A stretch of DNA of 64,000 nucleotides from contig CM035843.1 in the NCBI GenBank assembly GCA_020510985.1, forward strand, positions 157,315,922 through 157,379,921, given 5' to 3'. The DNA comes from Pholidichthys leucotaenia (Eukaryota). This document shows positions 1 through 12,671 of this stretch, piece after piece (positions within the stretch are counted from its first letter, which is position 1; every line of letters begins with the position of its first letter). The notes under the pieces are model-generated. The model saw only the letters and a program-made list of their open reading frames with translations, was not told the DNA's origin and did no database searches. Position numbers and translations under genes: made by a program.

Positions 1-404
1 TCTCCCTTGTGATATTTTCCAGGATTATCACTCCCTTATCGGCGTATTTGGATTCCTCCCTGGTGGTGCCGTTCCATCCAGATCTCCACCATCTCCTCAC
101 CCCCGAACAGGGCTGGACTGGCCATCTGGCATACCGGACATCGACGCACATGTGGGCCGGTACATTGTCATCAATATAATTATGATATAATTTTGTAACC
201 ACGGCTTCAAGGACCGCTGTGCACTGGCCTTTGAAGTACTGACAGCAGCCCATTAATTTATTTTCATTACTGACACTGGACTTGTCAATCAAATCTCTTA
301 ACACGCCCCTAACACCCCCACCTCTTCCTTCCCAGTGTACACCAGCCCCTTTCGGAGCTGAGTTTAGTGTGGAAGAAATTGTGTGGCCGCAGAAGTGTCG
401 GATT

Positions 405-1320
405 CAATTCAACTCAACTTTATTTATATAGCGCCATTTCACAACAACAGTCATCTCATAGCACTTTCAACTGTAGGGGAAACCCACACAATTGCAGAAA
501 GACCCCAGCAATCAGGTGATCCCCTGTGAGCAAGCACTTGGCGACGGTGGAGAGGAAAAACTCCCTTTTAACAGGAAGAATCCTCCAGCAGCACCAGGCT
601 CAGGGAGGGGCAGTCATCTGCTGCGACTGGCTGGGGGTGAGGGGATAGAGAAGAAGAAGAAAAGAACAGACATGTAGAGAGCAAACAGCATGACGGGGAC
701 TCAATCTATGGGAGAGAACGAACAGATGTTAATGACCAGCAAAAATATTTCATTGAAAGTGAGAAAAGGAGTGAAGCCCAGTGCATTGTTGGAGGTCCTC
801 CGGCTGTCTAAACCTATTAGCAGCATAACTAAGGGAGGGTTCAGGGCCACATGATCCCTCCCTAATTGTAGGCTATATCAAAAAGGGAGGTTTTAACCCT
901 ATTCTTAAAAACAGAGATAGAGTCTGACTCCCGAATCCAGATTGGCAGCTGGTTCCACAGGAGAGGAGCTTGATAACTGAAGGCTCTGCCTCCCATTGTA
1001 CTTTTGAAGATCCTAGGTATTACAGGTAATCCTGCATTTTGGGAGCATAGTGCTCTGTTAGGATAATAGGGTAGAAACAGATCTTTCAAATAAAAAGGAG
1101 CCTGATTATTTAGAGCTTTGTAAGTGAGAAGAAGGATTTTAAACTTAATTCTAAACTCTATGGGAAGCCACTGAAGGGAGGCCAGAACCGGAGAGAAAAC
1201 TCTTGTTGCAGCATTTTGGATCAGCTGAAGACTTTTTAAAGATGTTTTAAGACAACCCAGTGAAGAGTTACAATAATCTAATCTCGAGCTAACAATAGCG
1301 TGAATTAGTTTCTCAGCATC
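405..1320 (-). mobile_element. LINE (CR1/L2-clade) 3' fragment: ORF2 C-terminal tail plus 3'UTR
   Basis: ORF 862..1440(-) carries the conserved LINE ORF2 C-terminal motifs SSRLDYCNSSL, LQLIQNAATRV and LQWLPIEFRIKFKILLLTYKAL. The 3'UTR ends near 405 with a TTGAATTGA-type tail, and the same 3'UTR tail recurs at 30590..30765. Confidence 0.7.
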
Positions 1321-1440
1321 ACTCTGAGACAAGATAAGATAAGCCTTTATTAGTCCCACAATGGGGAAATTCCAGGATTGCAACAGCACAGGGATAGCAA
1401 CACTCAGAGCAACAATCAGAAGGCAAGAAAAAAAAAGCAA

Positions 1441-3800
1441 GAGCAGCTAATATACATATTTACATATTACTATAAATATATATATATACACACAGTGCAG
1501 AGCATTGTAGCTGGATGGAATAAATATGAGTATATAAACACAGTGCGGAGCATTGTAGCTAGATGAAATAAATCTGTAGATATATAAACACCCACAGTAC
1601 GGAGCATTGCAGTTAGGTGGAATAAATATGTAACTAGAAAAGCACTCGGAGAACGCAGACCTCCGCCAAGCGCCACAGTTCCCCCCATACAGTGTTTGTG
1701 TGTACGTTTTCAGATTCCTTGAGCATGAAAACATATGACTAGCAATTGGATTCACAATGATTATTTGTTTATTTGACAGGGACAGTGCAATAAACATAGA
1801 CAATTAATCAATGACAATCAATCTGATAGTGATAGGATTAGTGGTTCAGTAGTAAAAGCATTGCCTCCTTGGCGGAGGTAATAAAGTGAAGTGTTGCTGT
1901 TGTGTCCATCTCCTCCACTGACGGATGCAGATTGGGTAGACAGGTTGCCGTGGGTTTTCTATTATATTATATTGGGGTTGCGCTCCGCGGCAAACGAGAA
2001 TTTAGAAGCTTCCCCGGCAGAGAGCTCGTTTTTGCGCAGCGCCTATGGCTGGCCGGTGAATTTCTGCCAAATGCGCAGCGGCTATGGCTGGCCGGGGAAT
2101 GTCTGCCAAAGAATCCGGCGGCGGACAGCTGGCCGTGTCAGTTTTTGCAGCTGCGCGCAAACACAGGCACGCTGGCGGGCCCAGGCCACCAGTGTTTTCC
2201 GTGTGCTTTTGTGCCTAAAACGTTGAAGAACGCAGAGTTTGTGTTGCAGACATGCCGACCAGCGGCCTCCATTGCGCCTGCGCACATGTTGAAAATGGCC
2301 GTATGTCACAGTGTTAAAAAATGCTTTAAAAAATTCCTGTATCCAGACGGAGATCCGGATCATCCCCAAAATTTAATCAGTTCTTCCTTGTACCATTTCC
2401 AACAACACCTGAAAGTTTCATGGAAATCCGTCCAAGACTTTTTGAGTTATCTTGCTAACCAACAGACAAGCAGACAGACAGACAAACAGACAAACACACA
2501 GACAAACCCCGGCAAAAACATAACCTCCTCCTGGCCTTTTCGGCCTGGTGGAGGTAAATATATAAACACACACAGTGCGGAGCATTGTAGCTAGATGGAA
2601 TAATATGTAGATATATAAACACCCAGTGCGGAGCATTGTAGCTAGATGGAATAAATATGTAACTAGAAAAGCACTCGGAGAGCGCAGACCTCCGCCAAGC
2701 GGCACAGTTCCCCCCATACAGTGTTTGTGTGTATGTTTTCAGATTCCCTGAGCATGAAAAGATATGACTAGCAATTGGATTCACAATGATTATTTGTTTA
2801 TTTGACATGGACAGTGCAATAAACAGACAATTAATGAATGACAATCAATGTGATAGTGATAGGATTAGTGGTTCAGTAGTGTAAAACGGGGCTATAAGGG
2901 ACGGCGGGTTAATAAGGGACACTTTTCTGGGAAATGTTTTAAATGTAATTCTGCTTTTTTTATTTTGAGCAGGACGCTGAGTTGTGTTGTTATTGTCAAA
3001 TATCCATGAATCCTTCATCAAATCTAGGCGGAAGCAAAATTAAAAAAGCAGAATTACATTTAGAAAAGTGTCCCATATTACCCCGCCGTCCCTTATAGCC
3101 CCGTTTTACGGTTGTAAAAGCATTGCCTCCTTGGCGGAGGTAATAAACTGAAGTGTTGGTGTGTCCATCTCCTCCACTGACGGATGCAGATTGGTTAGAC
3201 AGGTTGCCGTGGATTTTATATTATATTGGGGTTGCGCTCCGCGGCAAAACAGAATTTACAATCTTCCCCGGCAGAGAGGTCGTTTTTACGCAGCGCCTAT
3301 AGCTGGGCGGGGAATTTGTGGCAAATAATCGGGCGGCGGACAGGTGGCCGTCTCAGGTTTTGCAGCGTGGCGCAAAAACAGGCACGCTGGCGGGCCCAGG
3401 CCAGCAGTGTTTTCCGCCTGCTTTTGTGGCTAAAACGTTGAAGAAGGCGGAGTTTGTGTTGGTCAGACACGACGCCCAGCGCCCTCCATTGCTCCTGCGC
3501 ACATGTTGAAAATGGCCGTATGTCACAGTGTGGAAAAATGCTTAAAAAAATTCCTGTATGCAGACGGTGATGCGGATCATCCCCAAAATTTAATCAGTTC
3601 TTCCTTGTACCATTTCCAACAACGCCTGAAAGTTTCATTGAAATCCGTCCAAAAGTTTTTGAGTTATCTTGCTAACCAACAGACAGACAAACACACAGAC
3701 AAACCCCGGCAAAAACATTACCTCCTCCTGGCCTTTCGGCCTGGCGGAGGTAAATATATAAACACACACAGTGCAGAGCATTGTTGCTATGGGATGAAAC
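1441..3800. repeat. Tandem array: two full copies plus a partial copy of a ~1.1-1.2 kb composite unit, with ~50-bp sub-repeats at unit junctions
   Basis: 1620..2575 aligns with 2646..3790 at high identity by eye. The 50-bp motif acagtgcRgagcattgtagctRgatggaataaatat recurs at 1487..1640 and 2560..2650. The unit includes a piece homologous to the Gypsy integrase C-terminus (2170..2300 and 3400..3520 against 6319..6507 on the other strand) and a piece homologous in inverse orientation to Rep-Z at 58860..58990. Confidence 0.8.
2881..3109. mobile_element. MITE-like palindromic insertion (~229 bp, ~70-80 bp imperfect TIRs) present only in array copy 2
   Basis: The left end gtaaaacggggctataagggacggcggg is the reverse complement of the right end cccgccgtcccttatagccccgttttac. 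The homologous site in copy 1 (around 1848, ggttcagtagtaaaagcattgcc) is uninterrupted. Confidence 0.75.
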
Positions 3801-5345
3801 AGCACAACCGTCTACTTAGTTATCCTACATGGTATGATTATGTGCCCATACATATTCTCACCCTCCATAGCGACCGGTATTTTCCTAGTTGTATGCCGGA
3901 GGGGACCATTGTGTAAGTCTATTGCATCTTTTGCATTCAAAAACTATTAGGTTGTTACGTCTTTTTGCTATCTCTGCGAGCAGCCCTGCTTAGGTTGTAC
4001 AGTCTGACAGCCGTTGGTAGGAAAGACCTGCGAAACCTCTCGGTTGTGCACCTGGGATGATGTAGTCTGCTGCTAAATGAGCTCCTCAGTGCATTCAGTA
4101 TGTCCTGCATAGGGTGGAACTCGGACTCCAGCAGAGATGACAGTTTAGCCACCGTCCTTCTCTCTCCTATCTCCTCCACCGGGTCAAGGCGCTGCCCCAG
4201 GACAGAGCTAGCTTTCTTGATCAGTTTGTTCAGTCTCTTCCTATCGGCTGCTGTAATGCCACTGCCCCAGCAGACCACTCCAAAAGTGATGGCTGATGCC
4301 ACCACCGTGTCATAGAATGTCTTCAGCAGTGCCCCTTGTACACCAAAAGACCTGAGTCTCCTCAGTAGGAACAGCCTGCGCTGTCCCTTCTTGTAGAGTG
4401 TGTCAGTATTGTGTGACCAGTCTAGTTTATTGTTCAGATGAACACCCAGGTACTTGTAGGATGTCACCATCTCAATGTCTGTTCCCTGTATATTTACTGG
4501 TGCTGTGAGGGGTTGTCCATGCCTGCGGCAGTCCACCGCCAGCTCCTTAGTTTTCCTCGCGTTGATCTGGAGGCAGTTCCGATGGCACCAGTCCACGAAG
4601 TCCTGGATAAGCCCTTTGTACTCAGCTTCATCTCCATTGGAGATGAGGCCAACGATCGCAGAGTCATCAGAGAACTTCTGTAGATGGCAGTGTGTTGTGT
4701 TGTGTGAGAAGTCCGCAGTATAAAGAGTGAACAGGAAGGGAGCCAACACCATTCCCTGGGGGGCCCCCGTGCTACCGATGATCGTGTCGGACACACAGTC
4801 CCGGGTTCTCACAAACTGAGGCCGGTTCGTGAGGTAGTCCAGGATCCATGATGACAGGTGCTGGTCCACCCCTGCGCGCAGCAGCTTGTCCTTCAGGATC
4901 ATCGGTTGGATGGTGTTGAAAGCACTGGAGAAGTCAAAGAACATGATCCTCACCACATTCCCGGGCTTCTCCAGGTGGGACAGAGAACGGTGAAGGAGGA
5001 AGATCACCGCATCCTCCACCCCAATGCCATGCTGGTAGGCGAACTGGAGTGGATCCATCGCTGGTTCCACCAGGGGGCGGAGGTGAGCAAGGAGCAGTCT
5101 CTCCAGGGTCTTCATCATGTGGGACGTCAAGGCCACTGGTCTGTAGCTGTTCAGGTCTTTGGGGTGGGAAGTTTTTGGTACAGGTACCACACAAGATGTT
5201 TTCCACAGCTGTGGTACCCTCCCCAGCTTCAGGCTGGAAGATGCTCCTAATCTTGGCAATATTACGCAAATGATAGAAGGCAGTCTTAGAAACAAGTTAA
5301 ATATGTGAATTAAAAAACAGATCTTGATCAAAAATAACTCCAAGG
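3800..5345 (-). mobile_element. LINE (CR1/L2/Rex1-like) 3' portion: RT domain, C-terminal region and 3'UTR
   Basis: ORF 3955..5343(-), 462 aa, carries the RT motifs [30 protein letters not shown] and KTKELAVD, then the conserved C-terminal tail ending RLYN. It lies on the opposite strand to the adjacent array. Confidence 0.8.
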
Positions 5346-5414
5346 TTCCTCACAGAACTATTAAGAGAAAGAGTAACCACATCCAAACTAAGAGTTTGAT
5401 TTGGAAAGGTATTT

Positions 5415-5801
5415 CTAAGGTTTTTTTGGACCAACTAGAATGACTTCAGTCTTATCTGAATTTAATAGCAGGAAATTACAAGTCATCCAAGCTTTGATTT
5501 CCTTAAGACAGGCCTCTAACTTGGCCAATTGATTACTATCATCTGGCTTCATTGACAGGTATAATTGTGTGTCATCTGCATAACAATGAAAATGTATACA
5601 GTGCTTTTGTGGAGAAAGAAGGCAGGTGAGGCAATGAGCTGGAAGACACAGAAACTTTATTCTTACTCCAATAAACATTATCGCAAAAGCTGAGCTTGGG
5701 TCTCTGTACATCAATTTTATACTTTTATTCCCATGCATCGAGACCTGAGGCTTCTGACAAAACACGTTGTCTGAACAAAGGAATATGTGGCACATCAACA
5801 T
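5415..5801 (-). mobile_element. Separate L2-type LINE RT fragment
   Basis: ORF 5415..5801(-) carries [12 protein letters not shown] and [14 protein letters not shown], the L2/Maui-type RT motif 4-5 region. It is distinct from the neighbouring LINE, which has its own FSDD motif. Confidence 0.6.
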
Positions 5802-5809
5802 AACGACGC

Positions 5810-8280
5810 CGGTGCCACTCCAACACCCTCCCTCTCTTCTGTGACTCCGGCAGCACTTCTCTCCCTGGGGGGATGCTTATATACAACAGTCCCATCTGAT
5901 GCCCCCCGGTGACACCTCCTCTTTCGGTCCATTGTCTTCTCCTTCCCCCTGCCTTTCTGGGGGGAGGAAACCCCCATACCATGTCCCCACACAGCCTCCC
6001 GCCCCCCGAACACCCAGAAGGGGCGCTAACCCTTCCATCCTTTGGGCTTGAGCCGGCATCCATAGTGGCTGTAGCGAGGGGTTGCCGATCCAGTTGAACC
6101 ACCCTGCTGGTGAGGTGTACTGGAGGGCACTTCAGTCTGAAGAGGAAAAGAGGGAGGGGGGAAACGCATTATCTTCGCGAGCGCAGGTCCCTGCTGAGGG
6201 ATCGCCAACCTGCGGAGCCACCAACGGTGGCCGTCCGCACCAGGGAGCTTGGGCCAGCACCACCTGCTCGTCTGCCAATACAAAAGTGGGCTTCAGCCCG
6301 TCGATGCAGACGGTCTCCCTACGCCCCCCCCATGACCAACACAAAATGCTTCGCCCCAGGTTCCAACACCCTGAACGGTCCGTCGTACAGTGGCCACAGC
6401 AGGGTCCGGTGCGCATCGTGCCTGATGAAAACAAAACAGGCGCTCTGCAAGCTTTTTGGGACAAATGTGCGGGGGAAACAATGGTGGGCCGGGCCCGGTA
6501 CGCTCAAAACCTCTGTACTGTGTAAAAATTAAACAGGCGGCTCAGCCTCGGGCATGAGATTTTCCAGTAAAAACTCTCCGGGGATTCGCAGCGGCTGAGA
6601 AAAAAACGAGTTCTGCCAGGAAGGCTGCCAAATCCTACTTAGGTGCGGAGCACATCCCTAAAAGAACCCAGGGCAGGTGGTCGACCCAATTTGTGCCCAT
6701 GAGCGAAGCTCTGAGCGCTGCTTTAAGCGACCTATGAAAACGCTCACATAACCCGTTAGCCTGGGGGTTGTACACAGTAGTGTGGTGAATTTTGACCCCC
6801 AGGCTCTGTGGCATCGTGGACCAGAGTTCCGACACGAATTGTGGACCCCTGTCGGACATGATGTCCGATGGAGCTCCGAAACGTGTAACCCAAGCCAACA
6901 AAAAAGCACGCACTACTTCTGCGGACGTCATAGAAGCCAGCGGGACCACTTCAGGCCAGCGCGTGGTGCAGTCTAAGACTCAAAAGGTGCGTGAAACCTT
7001 GCAACGGTGGGTGGGGTCCCACCAAATCCACGTGGATGTGGTCGAACCTCCTAGCCGGGATTTGGAACGGCTTGAGGGGAGCTCTGGTGTGCTTGTGCAC
7101 TTTGGCCCGCTGGCACACGACGCAAGCTGCAGTCCACTCTTTCATGTCCCTGGGCAAATGCGGCCAGACGAATTTTGCCCCCACTAGCTTCACTGACACG
7201 CGCACTCCCAGATGCGAAAGAGAGTGGACCGACTTGAAAACGCGATGGCACCAAGAGCTCGGAACCACCGGACGCGGTTGGCCGGTGGAGACGTCACAGA
7301 GCAAGGGAGGGCACCCTTCTTGCACCACTCTGCTCTCCAGCCTTAACCCAGTTGGTGCAGACTGGAGCATGCAGATGTCCGCATCCCTGGCTTGATCCGC
7401 AGCCATGGTAAATGGCATTCACTTATATAGCGCTTTTATTCTCATCTCTAGATAACAAAAGCACTTCACAGATCCTGCTATCCACCCATTCACACACACA
7501 TTCATACACTGATGGTAGCATGCTGCCAAACATGGCGCTGTCCAAACCCACCAGGAGCAATTGGGGGTAAAGTGTCTTGCCCAGGGACACAATGGCACGA
7601 TATCTGGGGAGAGCGGGATTCGAACCGCCAACCATCCGGTTACTGGATGACCTACTCTACCTCCTGAGCCACTGCCGTCCCAACTGCCATTGCTGCCGGG
7701 CCAACCATGGTTCCAATACTTTGGATATGGCGTACGTCAGCGGCTTATGGTCTACGAACGCGGTGAACTCCAGCCAGCACTGGAAATGGCACGTCGCCAG
7801 GTGAAGAACCAGCAATTCTCTATCGAATGTGCTGTATTTGTGTTCATTGTTGCGCAAAGTCCTGCTGAAAAATGCGAGCAGCTGCCACAAACCTGAGATG
7901 CACTGCTTCACCACTGCCCCTAGGGCAACATCCAACACGTCGGAAGTGAGTGATATCCATGCAGATGGATCCGGGTGGGCTAGCAACGCAGCGTCCGCCA
8001 GCGCTGTTTTGGCATTCGTAAAAGCCTGGTCTCACTCGAGAGTCCAGTCAATGTTTTCCTCAGGCTTCTTTTTTTTAAGTGCAGCGTACAACGGCTGCAT
8101 CAGCTGGGCTGCCCGGGGAAGGAAACGGTTGTAAAAATTAACCATTCCCAAAAACTCCTGTAGTGCCCTTACAGTCTGTGGATGCGGAAAATCCAATACC
8201 GCGCCCACCTTGTCCAGTAACGGGATCGCGCCCTCTGGCGAAATGCAGTGGCCCAAAAAGTCAATCACTGGCACACCGAA
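5810..8280 (-). mobile_element. Ty3/Gypsy-like LTR retrotransposon, copy A: pol fragment (RT C-terminus, RNase H, integrase), 5'-truncated
   Basis: ORFs on the - strand: 8032..8274 is the RT C-terminus ([27 protein letters not shown]); 7657..7986 is RNase H; 6951..7418 is the integrase HHCC region (CVVCQRAKVHKHTRAP, FDHIHVDLVGP); 6635..6949 is the integrase DDE core (SDRGPQF, HHTTVYNPQANGLCERFH); 6319..6507 is the integrase C-terminus (FVFIRHDAHR, LYDGPFRVL). It is ~80% aa identical to copy B at 45860..52108. Confidence 0.8.
7411..7663 (-). mobile_element. tRNA-derived SINE inserted in the RNase H-integrase linker of Gypsy copy A
   Basis: The reverse complement shows a tRNA-like head (ggcagtggctcaggaggtagag, ggttcgaatcccgc), a central conserved block and a tail ending aaagcgctatataagtgaatgcc. 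It interrupts the pol reading frame between the QQWQL and MAADQARDAD segments. Confidence 0.7.
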
Positions 8281-8556
8281 CTGGCACTTGGCCGGGTTAC
8301 TCTCCTCCTTTTATTAGATCTACGTCTGTTTAACCTTTTACCATAACGAATTTAGAATTTGCTTCAAATGTTCTCATCCCCTCGTTTGTTAATGTTAAGT
8401 TTGGTCATGTAGGAGATTTCTGGGCATCAATGTGCACACCCTTTTGTTCTGTGCTTACCCAGTTAAGAGACAATGTGTATGTTTCCAATTTAGGAGAATA
8501 TTCTATGTTGAGGTCAGGTGTTGGTTTTCCATAGATGGCTACATTCCCCAGCAGAG

Positions 8557-11500
8557 TGTGATGGATGGCCCTCACAAGCCATCAATAAGACGCTATATAT
8601 CGACCGGTGAGTTTGCACAGTTTATTAAAGGAAAAGAAAGATGACAAAATAACGAGCCATGGGGGGCTAAAACATACTATAACTAACACAGGCTATGACG
8701 AGGAAACGGATCACAATAGAATAATACACTTACAATAAAGGACGAGGACGAAAGATGACGTCTGACCAGGAAGCTCGGCGAGGGATACTTGACGATGTCA
8801 GACGAGGACTAGTTTGACGGAGACTGCAGCAACGTTTCGCCCTCAGCTGCCCTCCTAAATAGGGCTCAGGCTGGAACAGCTGATGAGGTGATTGTTAATG
8901 CAGCTCAGCTGTCAGAGCCTCAGCTCTGACAGCCGGAAGCCCCTCCGAGCGCTGTTGCAATAAAAGCTCGGAGAGCCATAGGGAACACACACACACACAC
9001 ACACACCAGATGGGAGGAAAATACTGCACGGCCCCAGCGCGGACGAAATCGGTGCTCAAACCACGATAGTACCTCCCCCCGAGGCAGAGAAGTCCGGGCT
9101 CCGTATGACACCAAAGCCCCCCCCCCCCCCAGGGTGGAAGGATGGGGGAAAGGCCTGGAGGGTGAGAACCAGAAAGGACAAAAAAAAAACCCACCAAGAC
9201 AATGACACGGGGAAACACAGGGAACGAACAAAGCAATTACAGAGTATGGTAGGGAAAAAAAACCAGTCCTCCATAAAGCATGGATGATACATACTGTAGA
9301 CAGGACAAAAATGCAAATAACAGAAGGAGGCCTATAACTAAAATACACAGGCCCATGAGACACAATGGGGCAGATACGAATCATCCCTCCGACAAGGGAG
9401 GGGAGAAAAAAAAAAGACACGCTAAACAGCGGTGAATACATAGATCAAAATGGAACAAATGACAACACACTAGAGCGACCTTAATATTTATAGAAATAAG
9501 AAACACACGGGGATGACGGCAGGCAGAGTTCAATGAGAGGAAAAACAAGTTCAGGCAGTCTGCCTGCATCCAATGTCCAGATAACCAATAGGGGGAAAAG
9601 GGAGTGTTTGGCGGCCTACCCGAATCCCAGGCCCGGAAAAACAGGATCTCTGGCGGCTGGACCAGGTCGCCAAGCAGACAGTCCAGTTGGTCGGGTGGCC
9701 GACCCAGAACGCCAAACGGGCGAGGCAGTCCTTCAGGCGGCCGACCCGCATCGCTCAGCCACCAGGACCGCAGGGGAGAGAACGACAATGGCTTCCCCGT
9801 AGAGGGGGATAGTGAGGGAGAGCTGGGCCGAATATGAGGAACCCCAACGGCACCCGGTGGAGAAGGCTTGGAGGAAGGATGAGGGAACAGTCCGGCGTCA
9901 CTCAGCGGAGGATCTGCAGCTCCACCTCCGAACGTTACTAGAATAGGCACTGTCCTCCTGTTGGACACAGGGTGAGCCCGCGCTGCACCCATGATGGACC
10001 CCGACTGGGTCGCGGCTGCACCCACATTGGACCCCAACTGAGTTGGAACAGCTCCATGGACGACCTCCAACCCCAAACCCAGAACCTCCAACACAGCGAC
10101 CGGGGTTGACTCCGCACCGATGACCCTGGGAGAAGGCTCAGGAGAAGAAAAAGAACTGGGATCAGGATCACCGGTAGTGACAGAGCCCAGCGAGACGAGT
10201 TCGGATGCAGTGGGCGGCTGCCCCTGGCTTGTCTCCCCAAGAGACAGGCAAAAATGCTCTAGAACAGATAGTAGGAAGGAAAAATAGAGCACTTGCCTGC
10301 ACTAGAGTTCTGTCACTGTCCAGGACTTTGACGATCCGGGTTCCAAAGGCAGAAGGACGTCTTCTGGCTCCCACTTGGCTACGGCGGGCCCCACAGCCGG
10401 CATGGTGTTCTCCACAGTCTGAGGACCCTCCAACAATGACGTCCACACCGACGACCCACACGGCGTGGTGGCAGGGGATCCTCGACCTGCTGGATTGAAC
10501 CGCTCATCGATGGAGACCCGGGGACGTTTCGTCGTCGGCGCAGGCTCCACACTGCAGTCCGCTCTCCTCCTTTGCCCGTGACATGGCTGCGGGGCTGGAA
10601 CCAGGCTCTCCAGGACCGCAGGCCCGACGTAGGTCTGGCGTCGCGGAACGCTCAACGGAGGGAGACACAGAGGCAGCAGGTTCAATGTTAGATGCTACAG
10701 CAGGTGGAGGAAGCTCGGGGGGTTGTGAACCCCGAACTCCACCCCCAGGAATCAAGCAAGGCAATTCACGCAATGGGGAAACAGAATGAAAAGACACTTG
10801 CCTGATCCGTAGGGGCCTGATAGAACCCGCTGCAGTGGACTTTGTTCCTCCCTTTCCCCGCTGGTTGGTGACGGAGGGCCCCCTGGGAGGACGAGGAGGA
10901 GCCGCTCGCGATGGTCCAATAAAGGGCTTCGCCGGAGTAGGACTCGTGGCACTCACAGCAGCCGGGGAAGACATCGAGGAGGAGGGGACGACAGCCGAGG
11001 CGATCCGGGCACGAGGAGCTGACGGGACAGCAGGGAAAAATGACCCTGGGGGAGAGGCTGCAGGAATTCCCTCCTGACGAAACGCCGAAGAGGCAGCTGA
11101 CTGGGAGGTAGAGTTCTTCCAACGACCTGGAACAGGATCCGGACGGGGTTCTCGCTGAGTCTTAGTGTTGGCTGTGTGACGATGGTTACCGGCAGAGGGC
11201 TAGGTAAAGAAGAGGTTCGGGAAACGCCGCTCCTGCGCGGAAATGGAGGCGAGCAGCTCGGCGTACTCTGGATAATCACTTAGCTCAGGATTCCTCTCCA
11301 CCAGCCTGACTGCCACCATCACATACTTAATAATCTGCGTGGGGTGGACGGCGGAGTGAGCAGCAGCCACTCGGTCCCAGATGGAAGCAGCTGACAGCTG
11401 TAACTTCTCCGGGGGAATCCCGACTGATGTCACACTCCTTGGGGAATCACCCCTGGGCGGTGCGAACTCCTGGACTGGAATGGGGACAGGAACGGGATCC

Positions 11501-12401
11501 CAAAGCGAGGAGCGAGGGTGCCTACTCTTCGGCTTCCTGCCGGAGTTTCCCTCCAGTCCACGGAGTCTCTCCCGGTGTGCAGAGGTGTCTGCCTTCCTCG
11601 CAATGACTTCAGGGTGGTTGGAGTAGCGAGGAAGGCAATTAATGATGTCCTCAGCGAGGTCCAGGTGCCGGTGTACATCGCTGGGAGTGTCATAGAGGCC
11701 AGCAGTGAAGAGAGTTCCATCAACGAAGTCCAGGGCCTCCGCCAGCTCGTAGCCCAGGCTCCGAACGCGGCCCCTGAATGACGACATGACCTCCCAGCAC
11801 ACAGGTACCCAGACAAGGAAAAACAAGTCCAATTCAGGCAAAACTAACGGCAACCGGCGTCTCAGTCTGGCTGCAGTCTACTGTCATGGACGGCCCTCAC
11901 GAGCCATCAATAAGATGCTATATATCGACCGGTGAGTTTGTACAGTTTATTAAAGGAAAAGAAAGATGACAAAATAACGAGCCATGGGGGGCTAAAACAC
12001 ACTATAACTAACACAGGCTATGACAAGGAGGAAACAGATTACAGAGGAATACACTTACAATAAAGGATGAGGATGAAAGGTAGATGACGTCTGACCAGGA
12101 AGCTCGGCGAGGGATACTCAACGATGTCAGATGAGGAATAGTTTGACGGAGTCTGACGGAGACTGCAGCAACGTTTCGCCCTCAGCTGCCCTCCTAAATA
12201 GGGCTCAGGCTGGAACAGCTGATGAGTCGATTGTTAATGCAGCTCAGCTGTCAGAGCCTCAGCTCTGACAGCCGGAAACCCCTCCGAGCGCTGTCACAAT
12301 AAAAGCTCGGAGAGCCATAGGGAACACACACACACACACCAGATGGGAGGAAAATACTGCATGGCCCCAGCGCGGATGAAATCGGCGCTTGAACCACGAC
12401 A
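8557..12401 (-). mobile_element. LTR-flanked insertion (~3.85 kb): ~510-bp direct LTRs, 5-bp TSD CAGAG, 2.8-kb GC-rich internal region with no recognisable pol; candidate non-autonomous LTR retrotransposon (LARD-like)
   Basis: LTR copies 8557..9066 and 11882..12401 both start tgtSatggaYggccctcac and end gaaccacga. CAGAG lies at 8552..8556 and at 12402..12406. The purine tract ggggggagg abuts the LTR at 9067..9085 on the - strand, suggesting - orientation. The internal ORFs on the - strand (11200..11853, 217 aa, and others) are Pro/Ser-rich with no RT, integrase or protease motifs. Confidence 0.6.
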
Positions 12402-12671
12402 CAGAGGTGACAAAATGTCCAACATTTTCCAATCCATGTGTTTGGGTCTAACCAGCAGGATGTGTGGAACCCCCCATAGGTCGAAATGTCTCTTATCCTC
12501 TTCAACTAGGACAATGGATGCTTCCACACATTTCTTTGTTTACCAGTCCATGTTTTATGAGCAATCTGGAGGAGGGATTTGCAAATAATGGTTGTTCATA
12601 ATTTGGATCAGATCCGTTCAATTGCCTGTAGCACATGGGATACAATGCTACTTTTACAGATGTTGATGGGT

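Noticed and set aside
1447-2844. ORFs such as 1447..1803(-), 2418..2844(-) and 1902..2594(+) with repeated peptide segments
   Set aside because: They are translations across the tandem-array units and the 50-bp minisatellite. The same peptides recur because the DNA is repeated, so they are not genes.
9381-11853. Series of long - strand ORFs (up to 303 aa) that could be taken for a multi-domain protein gene
   Set aside because: They lie entirely within the LTR-flanked insertion, are GC-rich and Pro/Ser/Gly-rich with low complexity, overlap one another in different frames, and carry no recognisable domain. Most are probably GC-driven spurious ORFs, although the first one (11200..11853) is retained as a question in the findings.
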